DNA of 30,124 bases, taken from the NCBI GenBank assembly GCA_938091905.1, contig CALKOM010000025.1, forward strand, positions 1 to 30,124, given 5' to 3'. The stretch comes from an uncultured Verrucomicrobiales bacterium (lineage in GTDB: Bacteria > Verrucomicrobiota > Verrucomicrobiia > Verrucomicrobiales > DEV007). Made by a program: the position numbers and the translations under genes. The notes under the pieces are model-generated. The model did not search any database. It worked only from the letters and a program-made list of their open reading frames with translations, and had not been told where the DNA came from. Below are positions 1 through 8,453 of this stretch, in pieces. Positions within the stretch are counted from its first letter, which is position 1. Every line of letters begins with the position of its first letter.

Positions 1-3000
1 GGTGAGATTCGTCGCTACACGGACCAACCTAACAAAGGAGTGATTTCTGAGGGCAATCAGCGGCGCATGAAGCACGGTTATGCTGCGTGCATCAGTTTCA
101 TCGATGCCCAAGTGGGCAAGGTGTTGTCTGAACTGAATCAGTTAGGCCTGCGGGAGAATACGATTGTGGTCTTGTGGAGTGATCACGGCTATCATCTCGG
201 CGAGAAGAATCTCTGGGGTAAGACGACGAACTTCGAATTGGACACGCGAGTTGCGATGGTTGTACACGCCCCTGGCCGCAAAGGCAATGGGCAGGCTACG
301 AATTCCCTGGTCGAGCTGGTCGATCTCTATCCAACACTCGTGGATCTAGCGGAACTGCCAGTTTCGGAGCATGCGCTTCAAGGAAAGAGTTTCTCTGCAG
401 TGTTGGAAGACCCGAGCCGTTCTTGGAAACAAGCGGCGTTCTCGCAATTTACGCGGCGCGGTCATCGAGGGTATTCACTAACGGATGGGCGTTATCGTTA
501 CACCGAGTGGATCAACCTGAAGTCCGGAGACGTTGCAGAACGCGAGCTTTATGATCATTATGTTGATCCCAACGAAGAGAGCAATCTTGCTAGGTCTGAA
601 GACGAGCAGGAGAATCTCATTAGATTGAGAGCACTTCTGAACAAGGGAGAAGGGTGGCGAGATGTCAGTCCGCCAGAGTTTCAGTTAGGCAAGCCCTTTG
701 GGAGTCACATGGTCTTGCAACGAGACAAGCCCGTGCCGGTTTTCGGACAGGCGGCACCAGGGGCAGTCGTAAAGGTTGTCTTCGCTGGGCAAGAGCGCAC
801 GTCACAAGCAGATAAACTGGGCAAGTGGTCGGTCACCCTTGGTGCGATGTCCGCGAATTCCTTGCCGCAGGAACTGGTGGTGCGTTCAGGAAGCCATACC
901 ATCACTCTCGGGGATGTATTGGTCGGCGAGGTTTGGCTGTGTGCTGGTCAATCAAACATGCGCTGGATGCTTCAGCAATCGAAGGGAGCGAAGCAGGCCA
1001 TTGATGCCGCTTCCAATCTAAATATTCGTCTACTCGATTTCACAGGAACGCTCTATCCAAAGAAGAAACGCTATCCGTTAGGCACGTTGCGTCGTGTTGG
1101 TGCTGACAACTACTACGAAACCCAGGGGTGGACGCGATGCTCGCCTGAGACGGCAGCCACATTCTCGGCGGTGGCCTACTACTTTGGTGATAAACTACAG
1201 AACACTTTGGAAGTGCCGATAGGCCTCATTCACAATGCCGTCGGAGGTGTCCCGATGGAGTCTTACATTCCGACAGCGAACTCAAGCGGTTGGTTGGATG
1301 ACGCGAACATGCCTGCCTGGTGTCGCGAGCGTGGTCGGGATAACTTGGCTGCTTGGTTAGAAAAACGCGTGCTTCCAGCCCCACATCACCCATTCGAACC
1401 TGGATTCCTGTTCGATGCCGGCATGCGCCCATTGGTGCCCATGGCGCTGCGAGGCTTCCTTTGGTATCAGGGGGAATCCAACGCCACGGCTTCGGGGGCC
1501 GGTAGCCCTGGCATTGATCCCGCTGCGAACAAGAAGAAATTCGTTTCCTTGATCAACGCATGGCGAAAGGCTTGGGACGACCCCAAGCTTCCCTTCTACT
1601 TCGTACAATTGCCAGGGCTTAATCGCGATTGGCCTTTGTTTCGGGAGATGCAGCTAGAGGTTTCGCAGGAAGTGCCACATACAGGAATGGTGGTGGCCAT
1701 TGATGTTGGGCATCCGACCAATGTTCATCCCGCTGACAAGCGTCCCGTGGGCGAACGGCTAGCCCAATTAGCACTAGGAAACGGCAACAGTCCCGTGGTG
1801 AAGAATGTGACTTTTGATGGACCCACGGCAACGTTACATTTCTCCAGCAGTTTAAGCACAAGTGACGGCAAACCAACGAGGGGATTGGTTGTCGCGGGCG
1901 AGGATCATGTCTTTCATCCTGCCAAAGGAACGGTCGAGAACGACGTGATCTTGGTGACTTCGAATCCGGTCGCGAACCCGATGGCCGTTCGGTATGGCTG
2001 GGCAAATGATCCGAAGGTCAATCTCACGGGCAACGATGGTTCGCCCGTGTCGCCGTTTCGAACGGATCGCTGGCCGATCACGACAATCACCACTCAAGCG
2101 CCAAACACAGACGCCGGCGCTGCCTACCGCGTGGGTTTTGAACAAGCCAAGGCGGAACCGTTTACCGAACTGAAGTTTGGCCAGACAGTGTGGACGGCAG
2201 AGGCCGGGCATGCGCAGATCACGGCACGTTTCGCCCATCGTGGCAAACAGAGTTTACACCTCAAAGGAGGCGAGAATCGTGCGATCATCCTCACGCTCAA
2301 TCAGGCAACGGAGTTAGGCATGGCACTAACGTTTCAGGCAGAGCGTTGGACAAGTCGCAAGCCCTACACCTTCCGCATCGAGTCTCAGCAAGGAGAGAAA
2401 TGGGGGGAGATCTTCCGTGGTGATGATCAAATTCGAGTGGGCCGACCATTCCTGTCTACCGTTCGAGTTCCGTTGCCTGCAGGGACAAAGAGCCTTCGGT
2501 TTATCGGCACAGCACCTTTGAATGCAGGTTCTCTCATTGATGATGTGGTCATCAAAAAGCCGGTGCCGATGCGAATCGACCATGTGAGCGTCGTGCAGCA
2601 AGTGAATCCTGTGTTCATTGGGAAAGAGGATAATCCAGTGATGACGGTGAATATCAGTGTGACAGGATCCTTGGAACCGAAGACGATCCGAAGTCTGACC
2701 GTCCGCATTCCCGATATTACTGCGATCGCTAAGGTTCGAGTCTACTACAAGAACACACTCTTTGGAGAAGCGCTTGAGCCCGAGAACGAACTGACGTTCA
2801 AAGGAGAGCAAGTCTTGGTCGATGGCGTGAATGCTTTGCGTGTGTCTTTCGAACTGAAACCGACGGCGTCACTGAACGGAACTGTGGACGCTCAGTTCGT
2901 GAATCTGGATGTCGATGGCACGACTCACCGTGCTGAAGAAGTCTCTCTAGCGGGACCACAGCGCATTGGTGCCGCGGTGAGGACGGCTGGACAAGATGAC

Positions 3001-4047
3001 TGTCACACCTATCGCATTCCCGGGCTGGCCACGACGAATCAGGGATCCCTGATTGCTGTGTATGACAACCGATATCGAGGAAGCGGAGATTTGCCTGGTG
3101 ACATTGATGTCGGCATGAGTCGCAGCACCGATGGAGGTCAAACGTGGGAGCCGATGAGAGTCATCATGGACATGGGAAATGACCCTGCATGGCGTTACGA
3201 TGGCATTGGTGACCCTTCCATTCTGGTGGATCGCGTCACCGGACGCATCTGGGTCACGGCAACATGGAGCCATGGCAATCGCTCGTGGCATGGTTCCGGA
3301 CCAGGCTTGGAACCGGAAGAAACGGGTCAGTTTATGTTAGGCTACAGTGATGACGACGGCGTGACCTGGTCGGAGCTGCGCAATATCACCAAGCAGATCA
3401 AGAGACCGGAATGGAGATTCGTTCTTCAAGGTCCTGGCAATGGCATCACCATGCGCGACGGCACGCTGGTCTTTCCGGCACAGTTTCGAGGCGTGAATGC
3501 TGAGCCTGTAAACGGAAAGCCGTTCTCAACGCTCATATACAGCAAGGATCGTGGGGAAACCTGGACGATAGGAACAGGGGTGAAGATTGACACGACCGAA
3601 GCGCAATTGGTGGAACTTGGCGATGGCTCGGTCATGATCAACTGTCGTGACAATCGGAATCGTGGCCTGCCTGATGGTCAGAACGGGAGAACAGTGGCGG
3701 TGACCAAGGATCTCGGAAAGACTTGGGGCCTACACCCTTCGGATCGCAAGGCACTTCCCGAACCCACTTGCATGGCTTCGCTCATCCGCATCGATCACAA
3801 GAAATATGGAACGTTGCTAGTCTTTTCAAATCCGGCTACTGGCGAAGGCCGATTCAACATGACTCTCAAGGTGAGCAATGATGAGGGCATGACCTGGCCG
3901 AAGAACTGGCACACTCTTTATGACGCTCGACGAGGCGCAGGTTATTCGTGCCTAACGAAAGTGGATGACGATCACGTTGGGGTGCTCTATGAAGGCGTCC
4001 GCGAACTTTACTATATGAAGTTCGGAATTGAAGAGCTGTTGCAATGA
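1..4047 (+). CDS. Multidomain sulfatase (C-terminal half) / sialate O-acetylesterase (SASA) / beta-sandwich / GH33 exo-alpha-sialidase fusion; 5' end lies outside the window
   Basis: Frame is open from base 1 (GEIRRYTDQP...). Sulfatase motifs WSDHGYHLGEK and LVELVDLYPTL (iduronate-2-sulfatase-like). SASA motifs GEVWLCAGQSNM, WYQGESN and NVHP. Sialidase motif YRIPG at ~3010, five Asp-boxes (STDGGQTW, SDDDGVTW, SKDRGETW, TKDLGKTW, SNDEGMTW) and C-terminal GYSCL. Confidence 0.93.
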   Translation, partial: GEIRRYTDQPNKGVISEGNQRRMKHGYAACISFIDAQVGKVLSELNQLGLRENTIVVLWSDHGYHLGEKNLWGKTTNFELDTRVAMVVHAPGRKGNGQATNSLVELVDLYPTLVDLAELPVSEHALQGKSFSAVLEDPSRSWKQAAFSQFTRRGHRGYSLTDGRYRYTEWINLKSGDVAERELYDHYVDPNEESNLARSEDEQENLIRLRALLNKGEGWRDVSPPEFQLGKPFGSHMVLQRDKPVPVFGQAAPGAVVKVVFAGQERTSQADKLGKWSVTLGAMSANSLPQELVVRSGSHTITLGDVLVGEVWLCAGQSNMRWMLQQSKGAKQAIDAASNLNIRLLDFTGTLYPKKKRYPLGTLRRVGADNYYETQGWTRCSPETAATFSAVAYYFGDKLQNTLEVPIGLIHNAVGGVPMESYIPTANSSGWLDDANMPAWCRERGRDNLAAWLEKRVLPAPHHPFEPGFLFDAGMRPLVPMALRGFLWYQGESNATASGAGSPGIDPAANKKKFVSLINAWRKAWDDPKLPFYFVQLPGLNRDWPLFREMQLEVSQEVPHTGMVVAIDVGHPTNVHPADKRPVGERLAQLALGNGNSPVVKNVTFDGPTATLHFSSSLSTSDGKPTRGLVVAGEDHVFHPAKGTVENDVILVTSNPVANPMAVRYGWANDPKVNLTGNDGSPVSPFRTDRWPITTITTQAPNTDAGAAYRVGFEQAKAEPFTELKFGQTVWTAEAGHAQITARFAHRGKQSLHLKGGENRAIILTLNQATELGMALTFQAERWTSRKPYTFRIESQQGEKWGEIFRGDDQIRVGRPFLSTVRVPLPAGTKSLRFIGTAPLNAGSLIDDVVIKKPVPMRIDHVSVVQQVNPVFIGKEDNPVMTVNISVTGSLEPKTIRSLTVRIPDITAIAKVRVYYKNTLFGEALEPENELTFKGEQVLVDGVNALRVSFELKPTASLNGTVDAQFVNLDVDGTTHRAEEVSLAGPQRIGAAVRTAGQDDCHTYRIPGLATTNQGSLIAVYDNRYRGSGDLPGDIDVGMSRSTDGGQTWEPMRVIMDMGNDPAWRYDGIGDPSILVDRVTGRIWVTATWSHGNRSWHGSGPGLEPEETGQFMLGYSDDDGVTWSELRNITKQIKRPEWRFVLQGPGNGITMRDGTLVFPAQFRGVNAEPVNGKPFSTLIYSKDRGETWTIGTGVKIDTTEAQLVELGDGSVMINCRDNRNRGLPDGQNGRTVAVTKDLGKTWGLHPSDRKALPEPTCMASLIRIDHKKYGTLLVFSNPATGEGRFNMTLKVSNDEGMTWPKNWHTLYDARRGAGYSCLTKVDDDHVGVLYEGVRELYYMKFGIEELLQ

Positions 4048-4066
4048 ACAGCGGGACGAGACTTGC

Positions 4067-4813
4067 TTAGGGCTGACTCGTTTCGCCGCCCATGATGAAG
4101 ATTCCCGCGCCCAGTCGCTTATTAGCATACTGCTTCACTTTGCCTTGCTTGATCAGGCTCCGTAGGGCGGCATTCGGGCGAGCGTCGGGATCGAATTGGC
4201 CTGCGCTTCCTTTGAGGTAGGGGAGCAGCTTCTTTACATCCTCAATCTCTGGCACGGGGCAACCCATTGTACAGGGTACTCGTCCTATAAGGCGCTTTGC
4301 TCGCCGTTCGCGCAGCATGGAACTCGACTTGGGATTGTAGGAGTGGATCACGACGCCATTAGGCACTCGTCCGCGCTGTTCTGTATCGGGAAAACTGGGA
4401 GGGTAGAGGAGCTCGGCATAGATGCCCGAGACGCCCTTCTTGGTATCTCCCGTTTGGATCGAGGTGTCTGCATTCTTGGCAATACGAACGCCTCCCATCG
4501 TGAAGAAACCAGTTGGGGTTTGCCCGTCCTCAATGCCTAGTCCTTTCTTTCCTGTTCCGCAACGGAGCGTTTTAACGATGCCTTTCTTACCTCGATCTAA
4601 CACATACATGCGCTGTTTACTCGGATCGACCACAAAGACGTAGGCAGGATTGTAGGATTGATGCCCAGCGGCCCTCTGAGCTTGGATGCCTGCCTCGATC
4701 TGCATCAACACGCTACTGCCGATCGTGGTGCGAGCGCGTTTCGAATAGGTGTCTGCATGAGTGTGCGCGACACCCGTGAAGAGGATGGCAAGGAATAGGA
4801 GGCGGAGATTCAT
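4067..4813 (-). CDS. Secreted L,D-transpeptidase-like (YkuD-fold) protein
   Basis: Signal peptide; VVDPSKQRMYV, CGTGK, TPTGFF, VVIH...CTMGC (His...GC catalytic pattern). Confidence 0.7.
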   Translation of the reverse strand: MNLRLLFLAILFTGVAHTHADTYSKRARTTIGSSVLMQIEAGIQAQRAAGHQSYNPAYVFVVDPSKQRMYVLDRGKKGIVKTLRCGTGKKGLGIEDGQTPTGFFTMGGVRIAKNADTSIQTGDTKKGVSGIYAELLYPPSFPDTEQRGRVPNGVVIHSYNPKSSSMLRERRAKRLIGRVPCTMGCPVPEIEDVKKLLPYLKGSAGQFDPDARPNAALRSLIKQGKVKQYANKRLGAGIFIMGGETSQP

Positions 4814-4882
4814 TTGTAAAGAGACTAGCGTTAAACTAGCTTGGGAAGGCTATCAATTCAAGCGCTGTGTGGTCGATGCAGT

Positions 4883-4967
4883 TGATCCCAGAGGGATCAG
4901 AGAGTTTGGCCGGTGATGAAATCACCGGATCCCATTAGAATAATAACATTGCACCCTGGCAAGGGTG
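4883..4967. repeat. Left REP-like hairpin cluster
   Basis: TGATCCC-AGA-GGGATCA (4883-4899), CCGGTGAT-GAA-ATCACCGG (4910-4928), CACCCT-GGCA-AGGGTG (4952-4967). Confidence 0.8.
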
Positions 4968-5002
4968 GCAGAAACATGCTCTACGCCAGCGACACACCGA
5001 TT

Positions 5003-5140
5003 GGCGTTTCAGGACCAAATCGAGTTAGGAATCACGTATTGAATCAGGCGGAGCATCATCGAGCGAAGTGTTTCTATGCAGAATACGTTGGTATGCTGAG
5101 ACGTGGTTTGATGGAATGCGATGATGCTTACCTTTGGCGA
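5003..5140 (+). pseudogene. tnpA: C-terminal fragment of an IS200/IS605-family (Y1, RAYT-like) transposase
   Basis: Translates GVSGPNRVRNHVLNQAEHHRAKCFYAEYVGMLRRGLMECDDAYLW, matching the family C-terminal pattern V..YI.NQ.EHH....F..EY...L.......D..YLW. The HUH-containing N-terminal part is absent. Confidence 0.78.
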
Positions 5141-5170
5141 ATGATGATATCCTACCGCACGCGATTCTCG

Positions 5171-5263
5171 CGCCTTTTCAGGGCGTTGTCTTTTGTTCTA
5201 ACGTATGTCCGGTGGTTTCGCTCCGCTGCACCACCGGCTTGTCTCTTCGGTCCCGCCGGGACC
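5171..5263. repeat. Right REP-like hairpin cluster
   Basis: CGCCTT-TTC-AGGGCG (5171-5185, one G-T pair), CCGGTGGT-N13-ACCACCGG (5209-5237), GGTCCC-GCC-GGGACC (5249-5263). Confidence 0.8.
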
Positions 5264-7783
5264 ATGCTCCTTTTATCGCTCGCTTTTCTTCTAACATCGC
5301 AGGCAAAGCCGAATATCTTGCTCATTGTCTCGGAGGACAATGGTCCGGAACTGGGTTGCTATGGTGATCCGTATGCGCAGACGCCGGTGCTGGACCAATT
5401 GGCCGAGGACGGTGTGCGCTTTGATCGCGCTTTTGTTCCTTACCCGGTGTGCAGCCCTTCGCGTGCTTGCTTTCTCACAGGGCTCTACCCCCATCAGAAC
5501 GGGCAGATTGGTTTGGCTACTCACAAGTTTGCCACGTATTCAGGTTTCCCAAATGTGTTCACGCTTCTGAAAGGAGCAGGCTATCGCACTGGTCTGATTG
5601 GCAAACTTCATGTCAATCCCGAGAAGGCGTTTCCGGTGGATTTCCGCGCTATCAAAGGAGCCAATTTCGGAAAGCGAAACATGAAGGATTATGCGGAGGC
5701 TGCCGACAAGTTCTTCGCTGCATCAAATGATCCCTTTTTCCTCTCAATCAACTATCCCGATGCTCACTTCCCGTTGCATCAGCAACAGTTTGGCCTGCCA
5801 GAGACGCCTATCGAAGCCGATGATGTTAAACCGCTTCCCTGGGTTGGTGCGGATTCACCAAGGCTACGCAAATTCACGGCCAATTACTACAACTGCATGC
5901 GTCGTTTGGATGATGGCATAAGCATGTTGTTGGAGCGACTGGAGAAAGTGGGCAAGTTAGACAACACGCTTGTGATCTACATTGGCGATCACGGTGCGCA
6001 GTTTTCTCGCGGGAAATGTTCTGTGTATGAAGCCGGATTGCGCATTCCCTTCATTGTTCGATGGCCAGGCATGATTAAGGGAGGGCAAGTGCGGCGGGAA
6101 TTGGTTTCCACCTTGGACATTCTACCGACCATCCTCAACGCGGCTCAGACCAAGTCTAGCAAACATCTTCTTGGCCATGCGCTTCAACCGCTTCTTGCTG
6201 GGGAGTCCGTGCCCTGGCGAGAGCATCTCTTCGGTTTCACAACGGGGGCAGCTCCGGCGATCTTTCATCTTGCGCACTCGGTGCGAGATGATCGTTTCAA
6301 GTTGATCTCCAATCCGACGGCGTCTCAGGACCGACCGAATCTATATGCCAAGGCCTATCTGGAGCGCTTCAACACGCACTTTGCCGCAGGTACCTCTCAG
6401 GAAGAGATCGACGCCGCACCAAAGCATGTACAAACGGCCTATAATACCTTCCTCCATCCGCCTCGCTACGAACTCTACGACTTAAAGAGTGATCCCGACG
6501 AGTTTTACAACCTGGCTGCGGAGCCCGCGCACGTTGAGATAAAGGAAGATCTCATTAGGGTGCTTCATGACTGGCAGCTCGAAACCCGTGATCCATTCGT
6601 TGATGCTGATCTCTTGCAGGTCTTTGTCGAATATCAGAGAGAGATGGGGAACCTTTCCTATCGCAAAGATAGAGGTTTTCGGTGGCCGTATCTGGATCTG
6701 TTTCAAGCGTGGCGTAAGAAGTATGAAGGCAAGCCTGTGTATTCATTCGATCAGAAATCGAATGAGGGTTTCCGAATCCCGTCGATCATTCGCAGCAATA
6801 ATAGACGTTTGTTAGCGTTCTGTGAACGCCGGAAAGGGCTTCATGATCACGCGAAGAATGACATTGTACTACGGACATCTGATGACGAGGGAATGACCTG
6901 GAATAACCTTCAAATCCTTGCTGATGAGGGCGATGATTCCTTGAACGACCCGCGAGCCGTGGTGCTCGAGGACGGACGGATCCTGCTACACTACAAACGT
7001 TACCCCCGCGGCTATCATGCGAGGAAATCTGCCCATACAGAGATGGCCGACGCGGGTTATGAAGGACCGAGAACTTGCCGAAGCTATCAGATGGAATCTT
7101 CTGACGAGGGGCGCACGTGGACCGAGCCTCATGAGATCACTCGCCAGATTCGGCGTCCAGGAATGGTGAGCTGTGGAGGCCCTGGCATTGGTATCCAATT
7201 GCAGCATGGAGAGCATAGAGGACGGATCGTATTTCCACTTTATCAAACGCTTCCACTGGGAAATAACAAACGTACTTGGAAGACTTGCACTGTCTATAGC
7301 GATGACGGCGGGTTGACCTGGCAACGCGGCGAGAATATGGATGAGGGCAATACTTCAGGCGTTAGCAACGAAGCGCAGTTGGCCGAATTGCCAGATGGAT
7401 CTATCCTCATCAGTGCGCGCAATCAGGGAGGGGAATGTCGTAAAGTAGCCTTTAGCCGCGATGGCGGGGCCTATTTCGAACCGTATCGATTGGCCGACGA
7501 ATTGAAGACACCCGCATGCATGGCTAGTGTCTTGCATTATGGACCGGGATTGCTCCTCCAGACGATCCCTTACGGCACCGAACGTGCTGATGGTCGCCTT
7601 TTCGTTAGCGCAGACGATGGTAAGAGCTGGCAGGATATCCTAACGATTGAGCCGGGAGAGTTTGCCTATAGTTGCCTGGTGAAACTGGGCGATGGGGATG
7701 TTGGCTGCCTTTACGAAACGCGCCGCGAGGGACGGTTTGAGATTCACTTCAAACGATTTCCCAAACGTCTGGTTGTTCGCTAA
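5264..7783 (+). CDS. Secreted sulfatase (N-sulfoglucosamine-sulfohydrolase-like) / GH33 sialidase fusion
   Basis: Start reassigned to ATG 5264 (hydrophobic leader then KPNILLIVSED). Sulfatase motifs CSPSRACFLTG, GKLH, GDHG. Sialidase motif FRIPS at ~6770, Asp-boxes SDDEGMTW, SSDEGRTW, SDDGGLTW, SRDGGAYF, SADDGKSW, and AYSCL. Confidence 0.9.
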   Translation: MLLLSLAFLLTSQAKPNILLIVSEDNGPELGCYGDPYAQTPVLDQLAEDGVRFDRAFVPYPVCSPSRACFLTGLYPHQNGQIGLATHKFATYSGFPNVFTLLKGAGYRTGLIGKLHVNPEKAFPVDFRAIKGANFGKRNMKDYAEAADKFFAASNDPFFLSINYPDAHFPLHQQQFGLPETPIEADDVKPLPWVGADSPRLRKFTANYYNCMRRLDDGISMLLERLEKVGKLDNTLVIYIGDHGAQFSRGKCSVYEAGLRIPFIVRWPGMIKGGQVRRELVSTLDILPTILNAAQTKSSKHLLGHALQPLLAGESVPWREHLFGFTTGAAPAIFHLAHSVRDDRFKLISNPTASQDRPNLYAKAYLERFNTHFAAGTSQEEIDAAPKHVQTAYNTFLHPPRYELYDLKSDPDEFYNLAAEPAHVEIKEDLIRVLHDWQLETRDPFVDADLLQVFVEYQREMGNLSYRKDRGFRWPYLDLFQAWRKKYEGKPVYSFDQKSNEGFRIPSIIRSNNRRLLAFCERRKGLHDHAKNDIVLRTSDDEGMTWNNLQILADEGDDSLNDPRAVVLEDGRILLHYKRYPRGYHARKSAHTEMADAGYEGPRTCRSYQMESSDEGRTWTEPHEITRQIRRPGMVSCGGPGIGIQLQHGEHRGRIVFPLYQTLPLGNNKRTWKTCTVYSDDGGLTWQRGENMDEGNTSGVSNEAQLAELPDGSILISARNQGGECRKVAFSRDGGAYFEPYRLADELKTPACMASVLHYGPGLLLQTIPYGTERADGRLFVSADDGKSWQDILTIEPGEFAYSCLVKLGDGDVGCLYETRREGRFEIHFKRFPKRLVVR

Positions 7784-7796
7784 CCTTGGGGAACAG

Positions 7797-8441
7797 ATGA
7801 CAACTATTGACGCCATTCGCCTTGTGTGGGATTACCATCATCTTCGTCATACGTTGACGGATTCCGATGCGATCTGGGTGCTTTGCAGTCATGATCTGCG
7901 TGTGGCAAATCGTGCGGTGGAGCTTTGGAAAGAGCGCTTGGCGCCGTTCGTCATCATGTCAGGTGGGTTCGGTAATTTCACCGAAGGTGTCTTCGAGCGA
8001 CCCGAGGCCGAGCTGTTTGCAGAACGTGCCGTCCAGCTCGGCCTGCCTGAATCTAAGGTGCTCGTGGAGCCTAGATCGACGAACTGTGGGGAGAACGTTG
8101 TCTTCACCCGAGCCTTGCTAGCAGAGAAGCAGGTCACGTTATCTAAAGTCATTGCTGTGCAGAAGCCCTACATGGAGCGCCGCACCTACGCCACGATTCG
8201 CAAGCAATGGCCTGAGCTCGACGTCCAAGTTTCTTCTCCGCAAATGAGCTTTGAGGATTACTGCAATGAATCCATCACTCCTGAAATGGTCGTCCATATC
8301 ATGGTCGGAGATTTGCAGCGTATCATCGACTATCCCGAGCGGGGGTTCATGATTGAGCAGGAAATTCCAGAGGAAGTCGAAGACGCTCTTCAGGATCTCA
8401 TTGACGCAGGTTATACCAAGCATTTGTTAGCCTCATCGTAG
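7797..8441 (+). CDS. YdcF/DUF218 family protein
   Basis: VLCSHDLRVA, SGGFG, EAELFA, EPRSTNCGENV, VQKPYMERR, MVGDLQRI. ATG 7797 avoids overlap with the upstream gene. Confidence 0.85.
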   Translation: MTTIDAIRLVWDYHHLRHTLTDSDAIWVLCSHDLRVANRAVELWKERLAPFVIMSGGFGNFTEGVFERPEAELFAERAVQLGLPESKVLVEPRSTNCGENVVFTRALLAEKQVTLSKVIAVQKPYMERRTYATIRKQWPELDVQVSSPQMSFEDYCNESITPEMVVHIMVGDLQRIIDYPERGFMIEQEIPEEVEDALQDLIDAGYTKHLLASS

Positions 8442-8453
8442 CAGATCAAACCC

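Larger units (their letters stand above)
4883..5263. mobile_element. Internally deleted REP-associated tyrosine transposase (RAYT/IS200-like) element: left hairpin trio, tnpA remnant, right hairpin trio
   Basis: Mirror-ordered sets of three hairpins flank a Y1-transposase C-terminal fragment. The outer 30 nt of the two ends are 20/30 identical as inverted repeats. Confidence 0.75.

Noticed and set aside
4913..5263. 117-aa N-terminal extension of the sulfatase-sialidase ORF
   Set aside because: It consists of REP hairpins and a transposase fragment that happen to be in frame; sulfatase-like sequence starts after 5264.
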